NCBI GenBank assembly: GCA_963841735.1
Contig: CAWJDT010000001.1
Span: forward strand, 1,696,001 to 1,760,000
DNA: 64,000 bases
Origin: an uncultured Actinomycetes bacterium
GTDB lineage: Bacteria; Actinomycetota; Thermoleophilia; RBG-16-64-13
Reading direction: 5' to 3'
Part shown: positions 39,583 through 51,812 of the stretch, one piece after another
Numbering within the stretch: the first letter of the stretch is position 1
How the letters are laid out: each line of letters begins with the position of its first letter
Notes under the pieces: generated by a model
The model's input: only the letters and a program-made list of their open reading frames with translations
Database searches by the model: none
What the model was told of the DNA's origin: nothing
Translations under genes and position numbers: made by a program

Positions 39583-42500
39583 CCGACTTGCTGCGCGGCT
39601 ATGAGCCGTTTGAAGCGATCGTTGCCCTGGGAGGGCGCCCAGACTGGCGTCCGCGGGCCGCCGGGGTGGCGGCCGCGGGGAGCGCGACCCTGAGCCCGAG
39701 CACGGCCCCGAGCCCGACGCCGACGCCGACCAGCGGCGAGGCGACTGTTCCCACGTTTGCCCACGCCTACATAACTGCTGGTGTCGTGAATCGCAGTCCC
39801 TGGCGAGAGGGCCCCGTCCTTGTGGTGGCGGCTACTCAGGAGGCGGCGGCGGAACTCGAGCATGAACTCGGCCTCTACTGTCCAGGTCGCACTGTCGCCT
39901 ATCTGCCGCCACGCGGGGTGTGGTATGGGTCGGAAGGTGAGGTCAAACCTAGAGTAGCGGGGCGGAGGGCGCGTGCCGTGGCTGCGCTTCTTGAGGCCCC
40001 GGAGGCCGGGCTGGGGGGCCCGGTCGTTGTAGTCGAGGCCACCACGCTCATGGAGGGGGTCGTCCCTCCGGCCGGGAGCGCGGTGACCGTGGAGGCCGCG
40101 GTCCGTTATGAGTTCGAAGACCTGGTGCGGAGGTTGGCCGGGCTGGGATACACACGGGTCGATCAGGTGGAGGACGCGGGTGACTTCTCTGTGCGCGGGG
40201 GGATCATCGATGTCTTTCCTTCCACCGAGCCGTATCCGGTGCGCATTGAGTTTTGGGGCGACGAAGTAGATAGCCTACGCCGCTTCTCTCCCTATTCGCA
40301 GCGCTCTTTGGCCACGCTGGAGAGGGTGGTATTGCACGCGGCGGCCGAGGAGGAGGGCGCCGGCCCGGCAGGCATCATCAGCTTCCTGGGCGAGGGAGCG
40401 CATGTCGTCCGGCTCGACCCGGCCCGGGCGGTAGTGCGAGTAGAGGCCTTTCAGAGCGATCTGGCCGATCTCTTGGGAGGAGGCGTCGCCAACGCGGGAG
40501 CTTACACGCCTTGGCCGGAGGTGCTCGCCGGAATCGCAGGGGTATCCACGCTCTCTTTGAGTTCCCCGGGCTTGGCCGGAGGGGATGAGGCGGGACCGGT
40601 CATCCGCGCCACCAGCGGCGAGATGCCGGTGACCAACCTGCCAGAGGCCGAGGAGGCGATCCGCCGGCTGGTAGCCAACGACTACCGGGTGGTCATCGCC
40701 TTTGAGCAGAGGGCTGAGGCCGAGCGGGCGGGCTACGTGCTGCAGCGGGTCACCGGGAGCTTGGCCGTCGGCGGCGACATTGAGCAGGGGCCCGGAGTGT
40801 CGTTCTTGCCGGCACCGTATCATGGGCATTTCGTTATCCCGGAGTTGAAACTGGCGCTGCTCACCGACTCCCTGGTGTTTCCGCGCCGTCATAAGGCGGC
40901 GGCTGGGCGGAGACCGCCAAGTGGTCTCGAGCTGTCCAGCTTCCGCGACCTGCGCAAGGGTGACTTCGTGGTGCACGAGGACCATGGGGTGGGCCGTTTC
41001 GACGGTATCTCCACCAAGACGGTTGCCGGGATCACGCGCGATTATCTGGACTTGGCCTTCAAGGACCAGGACAAGCTCTACGTGCCCCACGACCAGATTG
41101 CCAAAGTCATGCGCTACGTGGGTGCGGGGGGAGCGGCTCCTGCGCTCTCCAAACTGGGCGCCAAGGCCTGGGAGCACGTCAAGAGCCGCGCGCGCAAAGC
41201 CGCCCGTGAAGTGGCCGGCGAGCTTCTGCATCTGTATGCCATGCGGCAGGCTACCCAGGGCCATCAGTTCGCCGAAGACGGTGAGTGGCAGGTGCGGTTC
41301 GAGAAGGCGTTTCCCTACGAGGAGACCGAGGACCAGCAGCGGGCCATCGATGCCGTCAAAGACGACATGGAGTCGACTCAGCCTATGGACCGCCTGCTGT
41401 GCGGCGACGTGGGCTACGGCAAGACCGAGGTGGCGCTAAGGGCGGCCTTCAAAGCCACTCTCGACGGCAAGCAGGTCATGGTGCTGGTGCCCACCACCAT
41501 CCTCGCGCAGCAACACTACGGCACCTTTAGGGAGCGGTTCGCCGAGTTTCCCGTGAAGGTGGAGATGATCTCCCGCTTCCGTTCGGCGGCCGAGCAGAAG
41601 CGCATCTTGGAGGAGTTCAACGCCGGCCGGGTGGACGTTCTGATCGGCACCCACCGGCTGCTGTCACAGGACGTGAGGCCCAAGGACTTGGGCCTGGTGA
41701 TAGTGGACGAAGAGCAGCGCTTCGGCGTTACCCAGAAGGAGGCGCTCCGCCGTTTGAAGGTCAGGGTGGACGTGCTCACGCTTACCGCTACTCCCATCCC
41801 GCGCACCCTGCAGATGTCACTCTCGGGGGTGCGCGACGTCACCATCATCGAGACGCCCCCGCGCGATCGCCATCCCATTCAGACGTACGTCGGGCTGTAC
41901 GACGAGGGGATGGTGACCAGGGCCATTCAGCGCGAGATCGATCGAGGCGGCCAGGTCTTCTATCTGCACAACCGAGTGGAGACCATCGACAAGACGGCCG
42001 AGAGATTGCGGGCGCTCATTCCGGCCGCCCGTTTCGTGGTCGCCCACGGGCAGATGCCCGAGCAGGAGCTGGAGCGGGTGATGCTTGACTTCCTGCGGGG
42101 CGACGCCGACGTGCTTGTGACAACCACCATCATCGAAAGCGGACTGGACATCCCCAATGCCAACACCCTCATCGTCGACCGGGCGGATCTGCTGGGCCTG
42201 TCTCAGCTCTACCAGATACGCGGGCGCATCGGCCGCTCGGCCCGGGTGGCCCACGCTTTCCTGTTCCACCCTGACGAGGCGGTGCTCACCGAGGAAGCGC
42301 TGGCCCGCTTGACCACCTTGGCCGACTACACCGAGCTGGGTTCCGGATTCAAGATAGCCATGCGTGACCTGGAGATCCGGGGCGCGGGAGAGCTGCTGGG
42401 CGAGGAGCAGTCGGGCCAGATCGCCGCTGTGGGTTTCGAGATGTACCTGGCCATGCTCCGGGAGGCCACGGCTCAGCTCGAGGGGCAAGGGCCTGTAGTG

Positions 42501-42965
42501 GCGAGGGTGCCCCGGGTGGATGTGGGCCTCGACGCTCATGTCCCCGCCGGGTTCATAGGATATGAGGCCGCGCGGGTGGACCTGCACCGGCGCATCGCCT
42601 CGGCAGGTTCTCTGCAGGAGTTGGTCGATCTGCGGGCGGAACTCGCCGATCGCTTCGGCGAGATCCCCGAGCCAGTGGACAACCTCATCTTCCTGGGGGA
42701 AGTGCGGGTGAAGCTGCAGGAGTGGGCCGCCGACTCTCTTTCGGTGCGTCAGAGCCGTCTGGCCATCACCGGTTTGGTCCTGCCTCCCAACTCAAGAGAA
42801 CGCCTGCGCAGTCGAGACCGCCGTTATGTCTACGCTTCGGTGCAGGGGCAGCTGACGCTGGGTTTGCGGGGTGACGACCGGGGCCTGCGGGAGGCGGTCG
42901 GGCAGGTGTTGGATGATATACTCGCGCTCTTTGAGGGGGAAGCGACGTTAGACGCGAACAAGTGA
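39570..42965 (+). CDS. mfd: Transcription-repair coupling factor
   Basis: FSVRGGIIDVF, VVHEDHGVG, MDRLLCGDVGYGKTEVA, DEEQRFG, TATPIPRT, QIRGRIGRS, RDLEIRGAG. Confidence 0.97.
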   Translation: MPRLTDLLRGYEPFEAIVALGGRPDWRPRAAGVAAAGSATLSPSTAPSPTPTPTSGEATVPTFAHAYITAGVVNRSPWREGPVLVVAATQEAAAELEHELGLYCPGRTVAYLPPRGVWYGSEGEVKPRVAGRRARAVAALLEAPEAGLGGPVVVVEATTLMEGVVPPAGSAVTVEAAVRYEFEDLVRRLAGLGYTRVDQVEDAGDFSVRGGIIDVFPSTEPYPVRIEFWGDEVDSLRRFSPYSQRSLATLERVVLHAAAEEEGAGPAGIISFLGEGAHVVRLDPARAVVRVEAFQSDLADLLGGGVANAGAYTPWPEVLAGIAGVSTLSLSSPGLAGGDEAGPVIRATSGEMPVTNLPEAEEAIRRLVANDYRVVIAFEQRAEAERAGYVLQRVTGSLAVGGDIEQGPGVSFLPAPYHGHFVIPELKLALLTDSLVFPRRHKAAAGRRPPSGLELSSFRDLRKGDFVVHEDHGVGRFDGISTKTVAGITRDYLDLAFKDQDKLYVPHDQIAKVMRYVGAGGAAPALSKLGAKAWEHVKSRARKAAREVAGELLHLYAMRQATQGHQFAEDGEWQVRFEKAFPYEETEDQQRAIDAVKDDMESTQPMDRLLCGDVGYGKTEVALRAAFKATLDGKQVMVLVPTTILAQQHYGTFRERFAEFPVKVEMISRFRSAAEQKRILEEFNAGRVDVLIGTHRLLSQDVRPKDLGLVIVDEEQRFGVTQKEALRRLKVRVDVLTLTATPIPRTLQMSLSGVRDVTIIETPPRDRHPIQTYVGLYDEGMVTRAIQREIDRGGQVFYLHNRVETIDKTAERLRALIPAARFVVAHGQMPEQELERVMLDFLRGDADVLVTTTIIESGLDIPNANTLIVDRADLLGLSQLYQIRGRIGRSARVAHAFLFHPDEAVLTEEALARLTTLADYTELGSGFKIAMRDLEIRGAGELLGEEQSGQIAAVGFEMYLAMLREATAQLEGQGPVVARVPRVDVGLDAHVPAGFIGYEAARVDLHRRIASAGSLQELVDLRAELADRFGEIPEPVDNLIFLGEVRVKLQEWAADSLSVRQSRLAITGLVLPPNSRERLRSRDRRYVYASVQGQLTLGLRGDDRGLREAVGQVLDDILALFEGEATLDANK

Positions 42966-44113
42966 GGTCGACCTTGATCAGAAGGCTCGCCGCCGGCCTG
43001 GTCCTTCTGCCGCTCCTTATAGTGGTGCTCGTCTCGGCCCAAGGGTGCAAAGAGGAATTGCCTGAGGGCGTTATCGCAATGGTGGGTCAGTATCCGATCT
43101 CCCAGGCGCAGCTCGACACGATAGAGGCGCTCTACAAGACGGCCGGCCAAGCGCCCGATGAGGAGCGACAGCCTGCCGAATACAACAGCTTCAAGCTGAA
43201 GCTGGTGGAGTATCTGGTGACCTTGGAGGTCATGCGGCAGGAGGCTTCCGACTACGGGGTCACCATCACTTCGGCCGATGTTGACGGCCGTCTGCTGCAG
43301 ATAAAGCAGATGTTCCTGGGCAACGAGCAGAAGTTCGAAGACGCCGTCGCGGCGCAGAACCTGACTCTTGAAGAGCTCACCCAGGCCATCAAGGAAAGTC
43401 TGTGGTTCGAGAAGATGAAGGCGGCTGTTACGGAGGACGTGACCCTGACCGAAGACGAGGTGCGGGCCTACTATGATTCCCACACCTCTGAGTACGTGGA
43501 GCAGGAATCCCGAAGGGTGCGCCATATACTGATCTCCCCGTTTGTGGACGCAGCCGGCAACACCGTCGCGGGTACGCCGACCCAGGACGATTGGGACGCG
43601 GCGAAGTCTGAGGCCGAAAGCATTCGCAGCGAGATCCTAAACGACGCCGACTTTGTCACGTCGGTGGAGGAGTACTCCGATGACAAGGTCACCCGGGAAA
43701 AGGGCGGAGATCTTGGATATGTAATCAGAGGACAGACGCTGCCCGCCTTTGAAGACGTGGTCTTCTCGCTCAAGAAGGACACGCTGTCCGAGCCGGTCAA
43801 GACGACCTTGGGATACCACTTGGTCGAGGTGACCGATATCACTCCCGAGAACCAGCTGTCGTACGATCTGGTCAAGGAGAAGATCCGCACTACTCTGCTT
43901 GAGGAGAAGCAGGCAGCGACTTGGGGGCAGTGGCTCAGCGACAGGATGGCCAAACTGGGTGTGGTCTATCGGGATGGCTACGTGCCTCCCTCCGCGGCCA
44001 ATACCACGCCGACAGAGCGGACCTCGGGCGAAGAGCCCACGTCCACCGGCGGGGCCGACATCACAAGCGAGACCGGGGACGGCGACACCACCACCGGTTC
44101 AAGTTCCGACTAG
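42962..44113 (+). CDS. PrsA/SurA-like parvulin peptidyl-prolyl isomerase lipoprotein
   Basis: Lipobox-like SAQGC; VRHILI, YSDD..KGGDLG, FEDVVF, PVKTTLGYHLV. Confidence 0.88.
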   Translation: MRSTLIRRLAAGLVLLPLLIVVLVSAQGCKEELPEGVIAMVGQYPISQAQLDTIEALYKTAGQAPDEERQPAEYNSFKLKLVEYLVTLEVMRQEASDYGVTITSADVDGRLLQIKQMFLGNEQKFEDAVAAQNLTLEELTQAIKESLWFEKMKAAVTEDVTLTEDEVRAYYDSHTSEYVEQESRRVRHILISPFVDAAGNTVAGTPTQDDWDAAKSEAESIRSEILNDADFVTSVEEYSDDKVTREKGGDLGYVIRGQTLPAFEDVVFSLKKDTLSEPVKTTLGYHLVEVTDITPENQLSYDLVKEKIRTTLLEEKQAATWGQWLSDRMAKLGVVYRDGYVPPSAANTTPTERTSGEEPTSTGGADITSETGDGDTTTGSSSD

Positions 44114-44122
44114 CCGGCCGCC

Positions 44123-46227
<2,105 letters not shown>

Positions 46228-46301
46228 GTCGCTCGACTTCGGGCCATCGGGTTACTTGGGCGAAGGACACTGTCACGGAGAGGGCGAATACTAGATGAAC
46301 A

Positions 46302-46784
46302 ATGGCCAACACTATCGCCCCATCAGCGCCGTCTCGCTACGGCATAGGCAAGCCTCAGTCGCGGAGACGGCCGCGGTTCGCGGCGCGGCGACGCCTGCTC
46401 CTGCTGTTTCTGGTTCTGGCCTTGGTGGCGGTGGCCGTGTTGGCTAACTACGGCCCTCTCGAGGCGTACCGCGATGCCCGGTTGCGCCTTGACCAGGCGA
46501 CCTCAGCCGTATCCACTTTGGAGGAACAGAAGACCCAGCTGCAATCGGAGCTGGGTAGGCTGAGCGAGACGGGCTATCTGGAGAGTCTTGCCCGTGAGCA
46601 ATTGACCTATACCCGGCCTGGCGAGCAGTTGTACATCGTGACGGGGCTCGATGAGGCCACCGCCGAATCCGCCACCGACATTGCCGGCAGCGAACAAGGC
46701 GCCGCCTCGGTGGATAGCGGCGGCGATGCTGACGGCCCCGGCCTTTTCGAGCGGGCACTCAGCGCGATTCTGGGGGTCTTCTAG
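46302..46784 (+). CDS. divIC: Septum formation initiator (FtsB/DivIC)
   Basis: TM helix + coiled coil + YLESLAREQL.Y.RPGE; position after eno. Confidence 0.85.
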   Translation: MANTIAPSAPSRYGIGKPQSRRRPRFAARRRLLLLFLVLALVAVAVLANYGPLEAYRDARLRLDQATSAVSTLEEQKTQLQSELGRLSETGYLESLAREQLTYTRPGEQLYIVTGLDEATAESATDIAGSEQGAASVDSGGDADGPGLFERALSAILGVF

Positions 46785-46785
46785 G

Positions 46786-47190
46786 GTGGCGGCCCCTCGG
46801 CCCGATGAGACTCCGAGGGCGGTGCGCCGGTCGTCCGACCAGCTTGATCCCTCGTTTCTGAGAAAGCTCGAGGACGACTCTCTGTGGCGGGCGAGCAGGG
46901 AGGGCAGGCCGCAGCGCGCGAGGCCACCTCGCAGAGAGAAGCGCTCGCGCTTGCTGGCGATCGTTGTTCTTGTGGCAGCGGCGCTGATCCTCCTCATCAC
47001 CGGCATGACCGCCGGCAGCAGTGGATCCGGTTCTTCGGGGGGGCAGTCGACTCCCTTCAGACTCCTGCCCCTGCCCGGCAACACGGTGACGTCCATCGTG
47101 ACGGACACGGAGCCCCCAGTGGAGGAGTCATCGCAGAGCGACCCGGAGCCGCTTAGCAGCTTGTCGGCAGCGTTCGTGCTCTTGCGCTAA
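46786..47190 (+). CDS. Hypothetical single-pass membrane protein
   Basis: Fills the operon gap; basic stretch then hydrophobic helix LLAIVVLVAAALILLI. Confidence 0.55.
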   Translation: MAAPRPDETPRAVRRSSDQLDPSFLRKLEDDSLWRASREGRPQRARPPRREKRSRLLAIVVLVAAALILLITGMTAGSSGSGSSGGQSTPFRLLPLPGNTVTSIVTDTEPPVEESSQSDPEPLSSLSAAFVLLR

Positions 47191-47205
47191 CCGTTGGAGA
47201 TCGCG

Positions 47206-48726
47206 ATGGCGGTGGGGCCTCGTGACAGAAGAATAGTGGCAGCCGAACTGCGCCGGACGCCTCGGGACCTCACCGGCATCGCAGCCCGATGCCCGTTTGG
47301 CTATCCCGCTGTGACCGAGACTGCTCCGGTGCTGTCTGGAGGCGAGCCCAACCCGACCCTGCTGTATCTCACGTGCCCTGAGCTGGCCACCGTCGTCAGT
47401 CGCGTGGAGGCTGCCGGGGGGGTGCGGTCGCTACGCTCCTCCTCCAAGTCGGACGCTCGATTGAGGGCCTTGCTCGATGACATCACCCGGGCCTATCGGG
47501 TGCGGAGGACCGCTCTTCTCCAGACGAGCGCGTTTCGAGACCACCCCGACGCCCGCTTGGGCGCGGGGATCGGAGGCCCCGAGAGCCCGGCGGTGGCTTC
47601 TTGTCTTCACGCTTACGCGGCGGCGTTGCTGGCTGTGATGTCCGGATGGCTGGTCCCCGAGGGGGAAGGCGTTATCGAGCGCGCGGGGGAGGCATGGGCC
47701 AAGTTGTTCCCGTCGCTCGAGGTTTCGTGGTGCACCGATTGCCGCTGTGCCAAGTGGGATACGGAGCTGAGGCGCGCTGCCATAGACGTTGGCACCATCT
47801 CGGTGCGATTGTTGGTAGCGGATCTCACCGACGGGCGGCCATGGACCGTGGTGCGCAGGGCGGAGGTCACGCGTTTGGGAGAAGGTCTGGAACCAGGAGG
47901 GTCTCTCAGCGGGGAGGCGCGGCGGCGAACGGAGGAGGCCGTGGCTCGCTTTGGCGCGGAGGCCCGGACTCAAGGGGCGGTGGACATCATTCTGGCCGGC
48001 ACAAGCGCGACTCGAGAGGCCGCCGACGGACAGGAATTCATGGAGACACTCGGGCGTGATAACGCCCTACACCCCGTAGTACTCGAAGGCGAGCGAGAAG
48101 CGCAACTGGGATATCTGGGGGCAGGCCTCGACATCTCGGGCGATCCAGTGGTGCTGGATGTGGGAGGGGGGAGCACCGAACTGACCGTGCGCTTGGATGG
48201 CGGGCGGGTGTGGCCCACCAGCATGAACCTCGGCGCCAGTCGGTCCACGGGCGCGTGGATAAGGTCGGATCCGCCCTCGCCAGAGGACATCGCGAAGATC
48301 AAGACGGAGGCGGAGCGCGCGTTCAAGGAAGTCCGCCTCCATTACGGCAACGACATGCCGGACGGGGAAGCGCCGGCGGGGGAAGCGCCGGCCGACGACG
48401 AGCTGCCGGCGCCCAAGCGCCTTGTGGGGGTAGCCGGGACGGTCACCACACTCGCCGCTTTGGATGCCGGACTGGAAGTCTACGATTCCGAGGCCATCCA
48501 TCTGCGCACTCTCTCGTTGAAGAGCGTGAAGGAGCTGGTCGCCCGGTTGAGCGCCATGACTACCGCGGAGCGGGCCGCCCTGCCCTGCGTCCAGCCGGGC
48601 CGGGCGCCGGTGATCGTGGCCGGGGCGGTCATCGTGATGGCGGCCATGGAGACCCTGGGCTACGACATGCTGACCGTCTCGGAGCGCGACCTGTTGGACG
48701 GTCTGGTGATGGACGTCACGTGCTAA
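47206..48726 (+). CDS. DUF501 domain fused to Ppx/GppA phosphatase
   Basis: RCPFGYP..PNPTLLYLTCP..GIGG..CLHA; then AAIDVGTISVR, TRLGEG, TSATREA, DVGGGSTE, GVAGTVTT, VSERDLLDG. Confidence 0.88.
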   Translation: MAVGPRDRRIVAAELRRTPRDLTGIAARCPFGYPAVTETAPVLSGGEPNPTLLYLTCPELATVVSRVEAAGGVRSLRSSSKSDARLRALLDDITRAYRVRRTALLQTSAFRDHPDARLGAGIGGPESPAVASCLHAYAAALLAVMSGWLVPEGEGVIERAGEAWAKLFPSLEVSWCTDCRCAKWDTELRRAAIDVGTISVRLLVADLTDGRPWTVVRRAEVTRLGEGLEPGGSLSGEARRRTEEAVARFGAEARTQGAVDIILAGTSATREAADGQEFMETLGRDNALHPVVLEGEREAQLGYLGAGLDISGDPVVLDVGGGSTELTVRLDGGRVWPTSMNLGASRSTGAWIRSDPPSPEDIAKIKTEAERAFKEVRLHYGNDMPDGEAPAGEAPADDELPAPKRLVGVAGTVTTLAALDAGLEVYDSEAIHLRTLSLKSVKELVARLSAMTTAERAALPCVQPGRAPVIVAGAVIVMAAMETLGYDMLTVSERDLLDGLVMDVTC

Positions 48727-48809
48727 CGTAGTGCCGTGGGGCGCCGGTTGCCTCAGCACCGCGGTGGCTCAGAGCGCTGAACGAGCGCCGGAGCGAGCGG
48801 GGCGCACTC

Positions 48810-48891
48810 GCCGGAGTGGCGGAATGGCAGACGCAACGGTCTTAAACACCGTAGGGCTATGCCCATGCGGGTTCGAGTCCCGCCTCCGGCA
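48810..48891 (+). tRNA. tRNA-Leu(TAA), CCA not encoded
   Basis: Acceptor GCCGGAG/CTCCGGC; ACGGT-CTTAAAC-ACCGT; variable arm GGGC-TAT-GCCC; GGTTCGAGTCC. Confidence 0.96.
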
Positions 48892-49148
48892 TTGTGCCGA
48901 GTTGCAGGCAGTTCTTACCTTCACGGGGTCTGCGGAGCCACCCCGTTCTGGCCCGTAAGTGGCCCCCTGGTGGCATCTGGTGACGGACTTGGCACCACGC
49001 GTCACCAGGGATCGGACTCCAGCGGATGGGTAGGTACCAGGCAACGGGTTGGCAGGTATGCCGGCAGGTGCGCCGGCATCGCGAAGTGCGAGTCCTCGAA
49101 TCGGGCGCGTCTTCGTTGCTCTTGCGCAGGGTGCTTCCGACGCGAGAC

Positions 49149-49530
49149 CTAGCGCGCAGCGTCGATGGCCTTCAGCCACTAGACGAGAGCATTGTGCTCG
49201 GCCTCCTCTCCTTCAGGTGGCAGGAACGTGCCCTCACTGGTGAATCGTGGATTGACCGTCATGAGAACGGAGCCGTACGCTAGCTGGGCCTCTCGCACTG
49301 TCGCGGGTGCGCGGGGGAAGCTATACATGCCAAACATCGACAGATCCAGGAACTGTTGCGAGATGGACCACTGATAGACACCGCCTCCGCCGATGCGGAC
49401 GCGCTGCCACAGGGCGTCCCGCTTATCCAGAAACCACTGCAAGCGCTCCTGGTAGAGATCATATCTTCCATTCCAAACATCAGGTTTGTTGGACGTCGTA
49501 GACGTGGCGGCGACCGCGAGCTTCTCCACC
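49149..49530 (-). pseudogene. 3' fragment of an unknown gene with an internal TAG (49179-49181)
   Basis: Protein-like reading ..HNALV*WLKAIDAAR*; no plausible start, since the 5' side abuts the next gene. Confidence 0.3.
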
Positions 49531-49533
49531 TGG

Positions 49534-50451
49534 CTACGGGGCCTGCAACTCAAGAGACCAAGCTGGCTGGCCCTCGTACGAAGTGACATACAGCACATAA
49601 GTCCCGTCCAACCCTGGGACTTCCTTCGTCGGAGAGGCTGCCACCATGGTCATATCTACTGCAGTGTTGTCCTGGACCGCGTCCGCCCATCCCATGGGAT
49701 CATCCGCCGCAGGAACCAGATCGGCCGGTATGATCCACAAGAGAACACCGACGACAAAATCGCCCGTGTCGATCATATCTAGGACGAGGCGGGCCTCGCC
49801 AGAGACGGTGAAGGGTTCACTCACCAACATGCCCTCCATGCCCTGCCAAGGGGAGTCGGTCGATTCGAGCTTGACGACCGTAGTCCAGTCACTCTCAGAA
49901 GAAGGCTGGTCAGCCGAGCCTGTATCTGAGGTTGTGATGGTCACCTGTTCTTCGGTGGCCGTGTCGTCTGTATCATCAAGGGCCGAGATGTCCCAGTACC
50001 ACTTGCCGTCCCTTAGGACCAGGTCGAATACCTTTGGCTCGTCGCTATCATTCACGTCCTCTGTCGTTGTCTGGCCGTTCTCGACTGTCGTCACTTGGCC
50101 CCCGACCACGGTCACGGTAGCCATCTGACCATCGTCACTGATCTCGGTCGCCAGCTCGATGTTCGAGAATCGCATCGACGTCGAGTCGCTGAGTGCCTCG
50201 CCAGCGACCATCGCTTTCATCGCTTCCTCGGTCATGCCCATGGCTATGCCCACTTCGTAGAACTGCGGGTCTACGGTCTCCCAAAAAGCGTCGATGTCTT
50301 TGTTCTCAATAGCAGCCAGGATCTGCTTGACAGTCTGCTCAGGCCCGGCCGCTCCACTGCCGCCGCATGCCACTCCGAGCAGCCCGATCACCAATATGAC
50401 TACCGCGGCACCGATAGACAGCCATGCTCTACTGCGAAGACCAGTTGTCAC
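49534..50451 (-). CDS. Acidic lipoprotein of unknown function
   Basis: Signal peptide with LLGVAC lipobox; GPEQTV..; DLVLRDGKWY (NTF2-like ending). Confidence 0.7.
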   Translation of the reverse strand: MTTGLRSRAWLSIGAAVVILVIGLLGVACGGSGAAGPEQTVKQILAAIENKDIDAFWETVDPQFYEVGIAMGMTEEAMKAMVAGEALSDSTSMRFSNIELATEISDDGQMATVTVVGGQVTTVENGQTTTEDVNDSDEPKVFDLVLRDGKWYWDISALDDTDDTATEEQVTITTSDTGSADQPSSESDWTTVVKLESTDSPWQGMEGMLVSEPFTVSGEARLVLDMIDTGDFVVGVLLWIIPADLVPAADDPMGWADAVQDNTAVDMTMVAASPTKEVPGLDGTYVLYVTSYEGQPAWSLELQAP

Positions 50452-50641
50452 TTGACGCTCCTTCTCGAGGGATACAGCAGTGGCGTGTATGGACGGCGAC
50501 TCCCCACTTGTCTCGCAGTGTAGCACTGCTCGATGACGCCTCAGGTCCAGTATCAGGACAACGATCGTCGAAGACACGAGACCGACGCCGGCCTAGATTA
50601 TTCTGTACTAAGTGGGCGTTCTGCGCAGGAGAATCTCGATC

Positions 50642-50920
50642 ATGACCAAAGTACCGACCCCATCCCCGCTTGCTGAGGAGCGCACTCTGGCAGTGATCGG
50701 CAACCTGATCCGCGCAGGCGGATTCATGGGGTTGAACGTGAAGAGGTACTCACTCATCATCATCGACCGGCCCACGATCAAGAAGGTCAAGATCAAGACC
50801 ACGCCCCAGTCATCTAGCGATCCAGAATTCGAGGTGTTCGACTCGGGCAAGGTAGTCATGAAGTCATCAACAGAGAAGGTCGTGCTCTCTGTGGCCGACT
50901 CACTTGCAGCTGTGAGGTAG
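50642..50920 (+). CDS. Small hypothetical protein, possibly an internally deleted remnant
   Basis: AGGAGA RBS before ATG 50642; 92-aa ORF. Confidence 0.4.
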   Translation: MTKVPTPSPLAEERTLAVIGNLIRAGGFMGLNVKRYSLIIIDRPTIKKVKIKTTPQSSSDPEFEVFDSGKVVMKSSTEKVVLSVADSLAAVR

Positions 50921-50954
50921 GAATTCCGAGCGGCTGGCTTAGTCTGACGAGGTC

Positions 50955-50980
50955 CCCGGGGGTCCGAATCCCCCCTCCGC
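50955..50980 (+). other. Degenerate tRNA 3'-end fragment (att-like)
   Basis: GGGGG-TCCGAAT-CCCCC T-arm followed by TCCGC; no matching 5' half. Confidence 0.45.
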
Positions 50981-51812
50981 TTCTCTGCATGGGTTTCTTG
51001 GTCTTGGGGAGCCTCGGAGGCACGCACTTGTATGTGCCAGAATGCCCCCTTGGTGACATTTTGGTGACGAACTTGGCACCAGCAAACGGATGGGGACGGT
51101 CCAGATGGCACCAGATGGGACCCCTGCAGGCTCGGCGCGAATCCCCGATCGACCGTTATCAGGCTTGGCCGGCGGGGGCTATCGCATCAACAGACGGCCC
51201 GTCTTGTGCTGAAGGGCCAAGCGTCACGATTGATTCACTTGAGGCGTAGGGGCGGCCACATCTACCGGGCCTAATCTATGTATTCCCCAGTATCTTAGGC
51301 AACACACGGTTCTGGTACTGCTCTCGTTCAACGCGTAGCCGCGTGTTCTCGTCCTGCGTCCGCCTCTGTTGTTCAAGTCTTTGTCGGAGGGCATGCTTGG
51401 CCTTCTCCGTGTCCACGTTGGCGAAGTGTCCCATGTCAGAAAGCCACACAAGCCGGTGATCAGTCAGGTGAAGGCGCCTTCGCCGTTGGGGGGCGGAGAG
51501 TCGAAGCAGTAGGCGTCGGACGGGCCCGGCGGTGGGTTTAGCAAACTCCATCCGCAGGAATACGCTTTCTGTAGGGAAAGCCCAGAGCTCAGAGGATGTC
51601 CCGAGCGCGGAGGAGCGAGTTGAAGCACCCGGGGGGATGTCTTGACGAAGCACACCCACCTTGCTCACTTCGCGGTTTGTTGTGCCCTACCGGAGAGCAT
51701 CAGGCCCTCTTGGTCCCCGCCGACGCTCGCGCGGGTGATGCCCTCATAGCCCTCAAAGCGCTCAAAACCTTCAGAGCCACGGTCCCTAAGTGACGACCTC
51801 AAGGAGACTGAG

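Noticed and set aside
51276-51668. 130-aa ORF, and a c-di-GMP-I riboswitch-like GCAAAC near 51541
   Set aside because: The ORF has no RBS or recognisable domain; the GAAA tetraloop/receptor and GACGCAAAGC elements of the riboswitch are absent.
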